Shown piece after piece: positions 26,403-36,900 of a DNA stretch of 49,179 bases (the stretch's first letter is position 1; each line of letters opens with the position of its first letter). The stretch lies in the IMG/VR virus record IMGVR_UViG_3300021600_000004. One strand, written 5' to 3'. Made by a program: the position numbers and the translations under genes. The notes below the pieces were generated by a model. It did no database searches. It saw only the letters and a program-made list of their open reading frames with translations, and was not told where the DNA came from. Source of the DNA: a virus. Taxonomy: Duplodnaviria; Heunggongvirae; Uroviricota; Caudoviricetes.

Positions 26403-26434
26403 CAAAGCTATGTAAAACAGTTGAAATTACCAAA
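26403..26434 (-). promoter_or_regulatory. Bacteroidota sigma-A-type promoter for the lysis cassette
   Basis: TTTG-N20-TAGCTTTG on the minus strand. Confidence 0.75.
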
Positions 26435-26442
26435 TCTTTTTT

Positions 26443-26817
26443 TTAATATGTATCATATGACTTCTCTTCTACAAACTGAGAACCATAAGCTATATTAATC
26501 TTTTTCTTAATATCAGCTCTTTTATCATTCAATATGTATACAAATCTGGCTAATTCAATGAATTCATTATTAAATAGTTTATCTTTTTCATGGATTCTAA
26601 GACTATTTTCTATGTTCCATAAGTCTTTATTTACATCAAGAAGACTTGTTACTAGTTCATCTTCCAGATCTATACCAAATTCAAGAACTTTTCCTAACAG
26701 ATAACCTAGTTCTTTTGTAACATTCTTTAACTTATCCTCATCTGTTATTCTTTCACTTTTAATAGTTAAGATGGTGAACTTGTCTACTATCTCTCCTATA
26801 CTCACTTCTATTTTCAT
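26443..26817 (-). CDS. DUF6165-like protein (commonly associated with glycosyltransferase genes)
   Basis: EVSIGEIVDKFTIL.IK...I, LW..E..LR, FIELAR.VY..ND.R...K..IN...GS..VEEKSY; start at the second Met. Confidence 0.75.
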   Translation of the reverse strand: MKIEVSIGEIVDKFTILTIKSERITDEDKLKNVTKELGYLLGKVLEFGIDLEDELVTSLLDVNKDLWNIENSLRIHEKDKLFNNEFIELARFVYILNDKRADIKKKINIAYGSQFVEEKSYDTY

Positions 26818-26825
26818 AATGTTTT

Positions 26826-26863
26826 TTTGCAAATATACCTAATCTTTCTTAAATTTGTACAAA
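26826..26863. promoter_or_regulatory. overlapping divergent Bacteroidota-type promoters
   Basis: Plus strand: TTTG(26826)-N20-TAAATTTG(26850-57). Minus strand: TTTG(26860-63)-N22-TATATTTG(26830-37). Confidence 0.65.
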
Positions 26864-26871
26864 ATAATTGT

Positions 26872-29800
26872 ATGCCTACTAGTTATAAATTCTTTAAAAA
26901 TGAGGTGAAGGAATGGTTCAAGAATAATGTTCCTGCTAATACAAGGATATTAGATGTAGGTGCTGGAGAAGGTACATATGGTAAGTTGTTAGAACATCTT
27001 GAATATGACATAGATGCTCTTGAGATATGGGCTCCTTATATTGATCAATATGAATTGTGGAATTATTATGGTGTTATTCATGATGGAGACATACGTACAT
27101 TTGATTATTCTAATTATAATTTTATCATCCTGGGAGATGTGTTAGAACATTTAACAGCTGAGGAAGGACAGAAGCTTATACAAGATGTGAAGAATGCTGG
27201 GAAGCAATGTTTGGTTGCTATTCCTTATCAAATGGAACAAGGAACATATGAGGGTAATATATATGAAACTCATCTACAACCAGATTTGACAACAGAGGTG
27301 ATGAGTGAACGCTATCCCACATTAGAACTCCTCTATGGAAATATGTTTTATGGATATTACATAGAAAGAAAGATGATTGATAAAGCTTTTGTACTATATG
27401 CTACAGAGGCTTATTATGATATTGTAACAGCTTGTGTAAACTCTCTAGTTACATTTAGTAAACATCCAGTGTTTGTATACATGCTCAACTCTGATGCAAA
27501 GATACATAAAGCCACTACCATCAGATGGGATTGTAATATCAAAGAGATAGAATATAATACCAAGGATCAATTTTATATTAATAGAACAGATGATAGGATT
27601 TATAACATCCTTATAGAGCGTCCAATGATTGTTAAAGACTGTCTTAAATATGCTAATACAGTGGCTTATGTAGATAGTGATAGTGTAGCTACACCACTAG
27701 TAGATAGAATATTTGACTTCTCTATTACTGACTATCCACTATTTGTAGATAGTATATATGATGTCATGATGTTAGATGGGAAAGCCAATCTCGAGCTTCC
27801 AGCTTGTGAGTTCTTTGATGTAGAAAGAGGTTCTTACAGACAAACAGGATATTTTATAGCTAATCAGGATTGTGTACCATTTTTAGATGAGTGGTATTGG
27901 ATGTGTACTCATCCTACAATTAAAAAAGATTTTAAACTCTATGCTCCCTTTCATGAAGAAACTATTGCAAATGTTCTCTTGTGGAAAAATGGACATATAG
28001 ATTGTCTACCATATTTATATACTAATGCCAGTCTTGATATTCTTAATAACATAGATGAATATGAATTTGATAAGGAACATTGGCAGTGGTTTAAACTTCC
28101 TAAGAAAGAAAATCTATTGTTCTATCATGGAGAAAAGAGACCAGATGTTATGTACAAGATGATTGATAAGCTTAAAGACAAAAAGCTAAATATAATGTTT
28201 TTAGCTCCACATCTATCCACAGGAGGAATGCCTGCTTTCCTTCAGAAAACTGTAGAGGTGCTACAGAATTACGTACAAATAAGTGTAATTGAATATCAAT
28301 GTCATAGCTTAGACTATGTTGTACAGCGTAATGCTATTAAAGAACTAGTAGATGTATATACATTATATGAGAACAAAATGGAACTATTTGATCTCATCTA
28401 TCATATTCAACCAGACATTATTCATATACATGAGCCAGCTGAAAGATTTGATAGAGAAATGATTACAGAACTATACAATCCTAATAGAACTTATAGGATT
28501 GTAGAAACCTGTCATGATGTAAGCTTTAATCCTAATGAAAAGATATTTCATCCTGATGCATATGCTTTCTGTACACCATATCATCTAAAGACATTTGCTA
28601 ACTTACCATCATATAAAGAGGTGATTGAGTTTCCTATAGAGAACAATGTTGTATCTGATATAATTAAACATAAAGCAAAGGTTAAATTAGGATTTAGTTT
28701 AGTTAGGACTAATGTATTGAATGTAGGACTGTGGACACAAGGTAAGAATCAGGGAGAAGGACTTGAGATAGCTCGTAACTATCCTGATATGAATTTTCAT
28801 TTTGTAGGTAACCAAGCTGTTAATTTCAAATACTACTGGGAACCATTAATGAAAGACCTACCACCTAATGTAACCATATGGGGAGAAAGAGCTGATATAC
28901 AGCTATTTATGCAGGCTACTGATATATTTATGTTCAATAGCACATGGGAATGTAATCCTCTAGTTCTTAGAGAAGCTATTGGTTATGGCTTACCTATTGT
29001 AGCTAGAAACCTAGAGCAGTATGAAAATATGTTTACTGACTACATACAGCCTATAGATACAAACTTACATGATATAAAAGCTACATATAGTATCCCAAAT
29101 CAATTAGATGATTATACAAATGCCTATAAAAACTTTTATAACACTGTAATGAACATTCCTCTTCAGGAACAAAGAGTGGATATTACACAGCATTTTGTTA
29201 TTCAACCTTTTCTAGAAATAAAAGGAGTGAGTAGTAGTCTGTTTAAAATTTGTTTTTATGAAGAAAATAGTAGTCTTTCTACTGAATTTAATATAAAAAT
29301 AAACCATTGGGTTAAATTAAATAGAGAGTATTATACCAAATGGACAACAAAGGTTTGGCAAGATGATAAGCTTATATACAATTATATATTAGATTATACA
29401 GGTAAGACAGTGTTTATAAATTTTGATAGTGAGAGTCTTGGAGATACACTAGCTTGGATACCTTATTGCTTAGAGTTTAAAAAGAAACATAATTGTATAG
29501 TGATTGTGTCCACTTTTTGGAATAAAATACTGGACTATCCTGAGCTTGAATTTGTAGAACCAGGATCTACAATAAATACATATGGACAATATATTCTTGG
29601 TTGGAGATATAATAGTAATAAAGAACCAACATTACCAAATACTATTCCACTTCAACAAGCAGCTACTAACATCTTAGGTCTTGATTTTCAAGAGATTAGA
29701 CCTAATATAAAGTTTGATCGTGGTAATAATAAGTATGGTAGGTATGTTACAATAGCTACCAATTCTACCAGTGGATGTAAGTTCTGGACCAGAGAAGGTT

Positions 29801-30228
29801 GGCAGGAAGTGATTAACTATCTACATGATAAAGGATATCAAATTATCAATGTATCCAAAGAGAATAATCCATTTGATAATTGCATTAAGATAGATGATAC
29901 AAGCATTGAGAACACCATGAGTGTAATCTATCACAGTGAATTTTTTATAGGACTTAGTTCAGGGCTTAGCTGGTTAGCTTGGGCTGTAGGAACAAAGGTG
30001 GTAATGATCTCTAATTTTACCAACAAGGACCATGAGTTTCAATCTAATTGTATTAGAATTACAGATGAAAGTTTATGTCATGGATGTTGGAACAATCCTA
30101 ATTTCAAATTTGATAAAGGAGATTGGGATTGGTGTCCTATTAATAAAAATACCCCTAAACATTTTGAATGTCATAGGGGTATTAAAGCAAGTAGAGTGAT
30201 TAATGAACTATTTAAACTCGTTAGCTAA
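26872..30228 (+). CDS. four-domain enzyme: SAM methyltransferase + GT-A glycosyltransferase + GT4-like GT-B + Aah/TibC-type protein O-heptosyltransferase
   Basis: ILDVGAGEG/GDVLEH; AYVDSD, HEET; LSTGG, KNQ, STWECNPLVLREA; SLGDTLAW.PY, FIGLSSGLSWLAW, CHGCWN...CP...FEC. ATG at 26872. Confidence 0.85.
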   Translation: MPTSYKFFKNEVKEWFKNNVPANTRILDVGAGEGTYGKLLEHLEYDIDALEIWAPYIDQYELWNYYGVIHDGDIRTFDYSNYNFIILGDVLEHLTAEEGQKLIQDVKNAGKQCLVAIPYQMEQGTYEGNIYETHLQPDLTTEVMSERYPTLELLYGNMFYGYYIERKMIDKAFVLYATEAYYDIVTACVNSLVTFSKHPVFVYMLNSDAKIHKATTIRWDCNIKEIEYNTKDQFYINRTDDRIYNILIERPMIVKDCLKYANTVAYVDSDSVATPLVDRIFDFSITDYPLFVDSIYDVMMLDGKANLELPACEFFDVERGSYRQTGYFIANQDCVPFLDEWYWMCTHPTIKKDFKLYAPFHEETIANVLLWKNGHIDCLPYLYTNASLDILNNIDEYEFDKEHWQWFKLPKKENLLFYHGEKRPDVMYKMIDKLKDKKLNIMFLAPHLSTGGMPAFLQKTVEVLQNYVQISVIEYQCHSLDYVVQRNAIKELVDVYTLYENKMELFDLIYHIQPDIIHIHEPAERFDREMITELYNPNRTYRIVETCHDVSFNPNEKIFHPDAYAFCTPYHLKTFANLPSYKEVIEFPIENNVVSDIIKHKAKVKLGFSLVRTNVLNVGLWTQGKNQGEGLEIARNYPDMNFHFVGNQAVNFKYYWEPLMKDLPPNVTIWGERADIQLFMQATDIFMFNSTWECNPLVLREAIGYGLPIVARNLEQYENMFTDYIQPIDTNLHDIKATYSIPNQLDDYTNAYKNFYNTVMNIPLQEQRVDITQHFVIQPFLEIKGVSSSLFKICFYEENSSLSTEFNIKINHWVKLNREYYTKWTTKVWQDDKLIYNYILDYTGKTVFINFDSESLGDTLAWIPYCLEFKKKHNCIVIVSTFWNKILDYPELEFVEPGSTINTYGQYILGWRYNSNKEPTLPNTIPLQQAATNILGLDFQEIRPNIKFDRGNNKYGRYVTIATNSTSGCKFWTREGWQEVINYLHDKGYQIINVSKENNPFDNCIKIDDTSIENTMSVIYHSEFFIGLSSGLSWLAWAVGTKVVMISNFTNKDHEFQSNCIRITDESLCHGCWNNPNFKFDKGDWDWCPINKNTPKHFECHRGIKASRVINELFKLVS

Positions 30229-30543
30229 ATCAACAATAGCTTGAGAGATAACTCCCCATTTCATACCTTTTAAAAGCTCTTTTAAATCATTGTAATCAGC
30301 ATCTTCAAGAGAAAGTTCTGCTGTTATAGCTAAAGAGTTTTCAAGATCAGCTTCTTTTATTGAGAATGTTTCTTTATGAGCATCTAATTTCTCAAGAAGT
30401 CTTAACCTTTTAATCATTTCATCTACATTAAAACCACCCTCTTTTGGGTTGTTTATTGTTGATTTAAGTAGATCATATGTAGTTAAGATTGTATCTCTAC
30501 CACCAATGTTTTCTTTAATCACCTTTAATTTAACTGTTTTCAT
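30208..30543 (-). CDS. hypothetical protein (possible fibre chaperone)
   Basis: 111 aa ORF downstream of a consensus promoter and the fibre genes. Confidence 0.65.
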   Translation of the reverse strand: MKTVKLKVIKENIGGRDTILTTYDLLKSTINNPKEGGFNVDEMIKRLRLLEKLDAHKETFSIKEADLENSLAITAELSLEDADYNDLKELLKGMKWGVISQAIVDLANEFK

Positions 30544-30561
30544 AATGTTTTGATTTTCCTA

Positions 30562-30593
30562 CAAAGCTATTTTAAATAATTTAATTTACCAAA
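30562..30593 (-). promoter_or_regulatory. Bacteroidota sigma-A-type promoter
   Basis: TTTG-N20-TAGCTTTG on the minus strand. Confidence 0.75.
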
Positions 30594-30598
30594 TTATT

Positions 30599-30979
30599 TT
30601 AAATAGTAGTAGTAGTGGTGGTTAATGGTTCTTCAGTGGTGGTGGTAGTTGTTGTTGTTTCCACTGGAGCTTCAGTTGTTGTGGTTGTTGTACTTGGTAC
30701 TGGTGGTACATAATCTCCTGTAATAGTAAGATTTAATTGTTCTGCTACCCAATCCCAAGCATAATTATCTGTCTGCCATTGTGTATAAGCATCGCCTGTC
30801 ATTGTTAAATTTCCTTGTGCTAATGTGGTGGAAATATTACCATCTGCTGTTTCTGCTAATAAACCATACCAAAAGGTAGCTGATGTATTTAATGTTACAT
30901 TAATCGCATAAGTATTTAATACTTTAGCTTCGTCAATTTGACCATTGTTCCAAATTGATACTGTTTCGATTGTTTTCAT
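30599..30979 (-). CDS. putative virion/fibre-associated protein with mucin-like T/P/E tail
   Basis: Globular N-terminus then PPVPSTTTTTTEAPVETTTTTTTTEEPLTTTTTTI; directly follows the fibre gene. Confidence 0.75.
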   Translation of the reverse strand: MKTIETVSIWNNGQIDEAKVLNTYAINVTLNTSATFWYGLLAETADGNISTTLAQGNLTMTGDAYTQWQTDNYAWDWVAEQLNLTITGDYVPPVPSTTTTTTEAPVETTTTTTTTEEPLTTTTTTI

Positions 30980-30993
30980 AATTTTATTTTTTT

Positions 30994-33900
30994 TTATGGT
31001 GAAGTTGAAAGTAAGTTAATATAATAATCTGTTCCGTCAATATTTACTGTCCAATATCCTGCTGCCGTTACTGCTAGACCTGCTTGTCTTGCTCCAAACT
31101 TCATTGCTCCTGCTAGTGCTGTTGTAGGTGCTGCTGTTTTTATTGTACTTGAGAATGTAGCTGCTCCTGTTGAGGCTAAACTAAATCTTGTTGTTCCACC
31201 TATTGCAAAACTAAAACCAGCATATGTTCCTGAATTTGTAAATAAAATATTATTTGTTTGTACAAAAATACCTAAATCACTATCAATTCCATTACCGCAT
31301 CCAAATGCTTGTCCGTTAGTAGTCCTACCTACATAAATACCTGAAGTAGAAATATTACCTGTTGCCGTTACACTACTAGAGAATGTAGCTGCTCCTGTGG
31401 ATGCTATGGTAAGAGCACTTATTGAATTTGTACCAATAACTAATGATGAATTTTGTTCATTCATTAATGCAAAATTATCACCACCTCCATTTGGATAACC
31501 AAAATAACCCCTTCTTGTTGTACCATTTGAAGCATACCAAGTTTGAAATTGAGCATTGGTACTTAATTGTGTAGATTGTAAAAAATTACCATTAACATTA
31601 TAAATTGTTAAATTCCCACTAAACCTTCCTGTACCATTAACATCTAGCTTATAGCCTGCGTCTGTGGTAGTATTTATTCCAACATTATTTGATTGTGATA
31701 TTGATATTACTGATGTAGTTCCTCTTCTAAAATCCCATCTAATACCTCCTACATCAAAATAATTACTTATTCTTAATCCATTTGTATTATCTGAAAATTG
31801 TGCAAAGTCTGTAAAAGCATTTACTGTTTCTGCTTTTACTACACTAAAAATAGTATTTGGACTTGTTGTTCCTATACCTACGTTAGAACTATTAGTAATA
31901 TAAATAGCAGGTGTATTCCAAGTAATTGCACCTCCTGCAGTTCCTGTCGGAGCAGTTCTTAATCCTATTGTTCCTTGATTACCATCTATATATATTTGAC
32001 CTGCATAATTACTTACTTTATATGTAGATGAATACCAATCTCCATCTATGTTTGCAGACATTGCTAATTGTGGAACACCTGCCGCAATTCTTGATTGAAT
32101 ATTAACTCCATTTGGCAAACTTAATATAGTATTATTTGGAGAAGTACCAAAACTTCCACCTATACCCAAATCGCTTGTAAAAAATCCTGTACCTGATACT
32201 TGTAATTTATAGCCTGCATCGGTTGTAGTTCCTACAAGTAAATTACCACCACTTGTTAAGGTCATTGCTTGGATAAAGGTTATAGCGTTACCTGCCGTTC
32301 CTGAAGGAGCAACTGACCAACGATGAGTTGTATCCATTTCATACCTTGTAGCAGGATTAGTAGCAATATATTCATATTGACCTAATGATGAATAATAAAA
32401 ATTACTTCCAATTTTTAAAGAAGGTCCATTATTTTGAAAAGCAACAACTGAACCTTGTGGTCCTTGTATTACATTAAAAATAGTATTCCACGCACTCGGT
32501 GTAACTCCTAATCCTAAATTGCCTGTTGTTGTTAAGGTCATATTTGTACTTGCACTTGCAGAAAAGTTTAAATTTCTATATGCAGGAGTTGTTCCACCAT
32601 AACTAATAATATCAGTTGTTGTTGCGTTAGTTTGAAAAATTAATCCAGATGTTGGACCATCAAATCTTGTATTATTTCCATTTGCAGAAACTACTACATT
32701 TAATTTATCACTAGGAGTAGCATTACCTATACCAACATTAGTACCATTATCAAAGATTTGACTATTACCTATTGTACTTGCACCTGTAAATTTAGGTAGG
32801 TAGTTAGTAGTACCACTTCCTGTAATTGCACCACTACCAATTGCTTGAGTAGATAGCACCCCACTTGCATCAGCAACAACCATTCTTGTTCCTGTACCTG
32901 CAAGATTAGATAATGTAGCTGCTCCTGTGGAGGCTATGGTAAGAGCAGTTATACCTGTAATAAATTTTAAAGAACTTGTAGTATAATCCGATTGAATATA
33001 ATTAGTTCCATTAGTAGTTGTAAAAGCAATAGAAGGAGAAACCGCTCCATTAGCCTCAAGATAAAGAATAACATTTTGAGCAGCCTTAAACCTTCCTGTA
33101 CCATTTACATCTAGTTTGTAGCCTGCATCACTAGAATTTCCGTTTATGCTTACATTCTTGGTAGAACCAAAAACACGCATTGCCTCTACCCCATTAATAC
33201 CAAATAAGATATTACTTGTTCCTTGTGCTGAAATGGCAAAATCACCTGCAACTGAATTTGTTACAAAGTTATTTGAAGCTGTAGCTAAACCAAATTTTGC
33301 TTGATAAGTAGCACCTGTTAATGCATCAGCTAAAGAAACTGAAGGAGCAGGTCCTGCTATTAATAATTGGTTATCAGCAGTGGCAGAATAAATATTAAAT
33401 GCCCTAACCACTGTTGCACTTCCAACTGTTACACCACTACCATTATCAAATAATAAACTATTACCTATTGTTGTTCCACTACCTGTAAATTTAGCAACAT
33501 AATTAAGTGTGCCACTAAATTGTGCATTGGTTCCACTTGTACCTGACGTACCACTGGTGCCAGAAGTTCCACTTGTGCCTGAACTACCACTGGTTCCTGT
33601 AGTTCCTGAAGAACCACTAGAGCCTGTTGTACCAGAGGTTCCTGTAGTACCAGAGGTGCCACTTGTAGCTGATGTACCACTAGAGCCTGATGTTCCTGTG
33701 GTTCCTGATGTACCACCTGTTCCATTGGTTCCACTTGTACCACTTGTTCCTGTTGTTCCAGAAGTTCCTGTTGTTCCAGAAGTTCCAGAAGAACCACTAG
33801 TACCTGTTGTTCCAGAAGTTCCACTAGAACCACTAAGACCACTAGATCCACTTGTACCAGTGGTACCAGATGTTCCTGATGTACCACTAGTTCCATTTAT

Positions 33901-36900
33901 ACCAGAGCTACCTGATGTACCATTTATTCCTGAAGTTCCTGAAGAACCTGATGTTCCATTAATACCACTTGTGCCAGAAGTTCCTGTTGTACCAGATGTA
34001 CCATTTATTCCTGATGAACCAGAAGTACCAGATGTTCCACTTATTCCTGAAGTTCCTGAAGTTCCTGTAGAACCTGAAGTTCCTGATGTTCCATTAATAC
34101 CACTAGATCCACTTGTACCTGTAGTACCTGATGTACCACTAGTGGCAGATGTACCTGAAGATCCTGAAGTACCTGTTGTACCTGATGTTCCCCCTGTACC
34201 ATTAGTGCCACTAGTTCCAGACGTTCCTGAAGATCCAGAGGTTCCACTAGTACCTGTTGTACCAGATGTTCCATTAATACCACTTGTGCCTGATGTAGCT
34301 GAAGAACCACTAGATCCTGAAGTTCCTGATGTACCATTTATTCCTGATGAACCTGATGTTCCTGTTGTTCCACTAGTACCACTTGTTCCACCTGTACCAT
34401 TAGTACCAGATGTTCCTGATGTAGCTGATGTTCCACTAGAACCAGATGTGCCAGTTGTACCACTAGTTCCACTTGTTGCAGAAGTTCCAGAGCTACCACT
34501 TGTACCTGTTGTACCTGAAGATCCACTAGAACCTGTAGTGCCACTTGTACCTGATGTACCTCCTGTACCATTGGTAGCAGAAGTTCCACTAGATCCTGAT
34601 GAACCACTTGTACCTGTTGTTCCACTTGTGCCTGTTGTTCCACTAGAACCACTCACCCCACTACTACCGCTAGTTCCTGTAGAGCCAGATGTACCACTTG
34701 AGCCACTAGTTCCACCAACACCAGAAGTACCAGAAGTACCACTAGTACCAGAAGGAGCTGTGAATGTAGTTTGTACATAAGAATAGTAAGAACCATCTTC
34801 TGTATAGAAAGTTATTGTGTGAGATTGATTAGAAGTATTGGTTGCCCATAATTCTATATATATTCTATCTGTTGAAAGTAAAACTTGAGCTGCTATAAAT
34901 GTATCATAGAAAAATTGTTGTACAAGTGTACTATAAGACACTGGAACTAAGTTTGTTGTTCCTAATAATGTACTTACACCACCTATGCTATATTTATAAA
35001 CCTTACCATAAACATTGAATGATGAATTACTATTTTGTATTGTAAAATGAGTAGTAAATCCCCAGTTACCTCCTGAAAGACTTGTTAATCCTGGTACACC
35101 GCCATCTGTGATATATGTATTTATAATACTAGATGCACCACTTGCAATAGTTGAAGTAACAGTTTGAGTTGTTGTACTTGTTGGTGTTGGTGATAATTGC
35201 CTATCTGTATTTACTGCAGGACTTGCTGCCACTGATTCATTAATCCAATATACTTGACCTCCAGATATACCATTGATACCTGAAGTACCTGCTGTTCCGC
35301 TTGTACCACTTGTGCCTGTTGTTCCACTAGAACCAGAGGTTCCTGTAGTACCACTGCTACCACTAGTTCCTGTTGAACCACTAGTACCTGATGTAGCACT
35401 TGTTCCTGATGTACCAGCAGTACCACTTGTACCACCAGTTCCATTAGTTCCACTTGTTCCTGAGCTTCCACTAGTTCCTGTTGAGCCTGATGTTCCTGTT
35501 GTGCCACTAGTACCACTAGAGCCAGATGTACCGCTTGTTCCACTAGTTCCTGTTGTTCCACTTGAACCACTAGAGCCTGTTGTACCTGATGTGCCAGAAG
35601 TTCCTCCTGTACCATCAGTTCCACTTGTTCCACTAGTACCACTAGTTCCTGAAGAACCTGAAGTGCCAGTTGTACCACTACTACCAGATGTTCCACTAGT
35701 AGCAGAAGTTCCACTTGTACCACTTGTTCCCCCTGTTCCATTAGTTCCACTAGAACCTGATGTTCCTGTTGTTCCACTAGTTCCTCCTGTTCCATCAGTT
35801 CCTGATGTTCCACTAGTTCCTGTTGTACCACTTGTTCCACTTGAACCACTAGTACCTGAGCTTCCGCTTGTACCTGTAGTTCCACTTGTAGCACTTGTAC
35901 CACTTGTTCCTGAAGATCCACTAGTGCCACTAGTACCAGAAGTACCACCTGTACCATTTGTACCACTAGTACCTGATGTACCAGTACTTCCACTTGTTCC
36001 AGAAGAACCACTTGTTCCACTAGTACCTCCTGTACCATTAGTACCTGAACTACCACTAGAACCGCTAGTTCCAGTGGTACCAGATGTACCAGTAGTACCT
36101 GATGAACCTGATGAACCTGATGAACCTGATGTACCACCAGTTCCGTTTGTACCACTAGTACCACTTGTTCCACTAGATCCTGATGTGCCACTAGATCCTG
36201 ATGTTCCACTAGAGCCACTAGTACCAGTTGTACCAGAGGTTCCTCCTGTTCCATCAGTACCTGATGTACCTGATGTACCTGTTGTTCCTGCTGTTCCACT
36301 TGATCCTGAAGTTCCACTACTACCACTAGTACCTGTAGTACCTGAGCTTCCACTAGTACCAGATGTTCCTGATGTACCTGTAGTACCAGAAGTTCCTGAA
36401 GAACCTGATGTACCAGAGCTTCCACTTGTACCTGTAGTTCCTGATGTGCCAGTAGTTCCACTAGTTCCAGATGAACCAGTAGTTCCACTAGTTCCTGATG
36501 AACCTGAAGTACCAGAGCTTCCTGAAGTTCCTGTAGTTCCACTAGTTCCAGTTGTACCACTAGTTCCAGTTGTACCACTAGATCCACTGGTTCCATCTAT
36601 TGCACTTGTACCACTGCTTCCACTAGTTCCACTAGTTCCTGTAGTTCCAGAAGAACCACTGGTTCCTGATGTACCTGCTGTACCACTAGAACCTGCTGGG
36701 ATAACCCAACTTCTATTAGCTGCTAAGTTTTGTGTAACACCATTAATTGTTAATGTTCTAGTTGTTGGAACAGGAGTATATCCTAATGCAGATATAATAT
36801 CTAAACTGCCTACAGGAGTAGCTGATGTAACCAACCCTTTGGCATTCACTGAGAATTTTAAGAATGTATTACCACCATATATATTACTATTAACATTTGC

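Noticed and set aside
33465-36596. Alternative-frame minus-strand ORFs (LVLVEQQ..., up to 461 aa) suggesting a programmed frameshift
   Set aside because: In that frame stops need T at codon position 2 of the real gene, which G/T/S codons never have, so openness is automatic. No slippery site was identified.
33526-36693. Possible CRISPR array or DNA tandem repeat
   Set aside because: There is no constant repeat with unique spacers. Periodicity is 9 nt at protein level with variable wobble positions.
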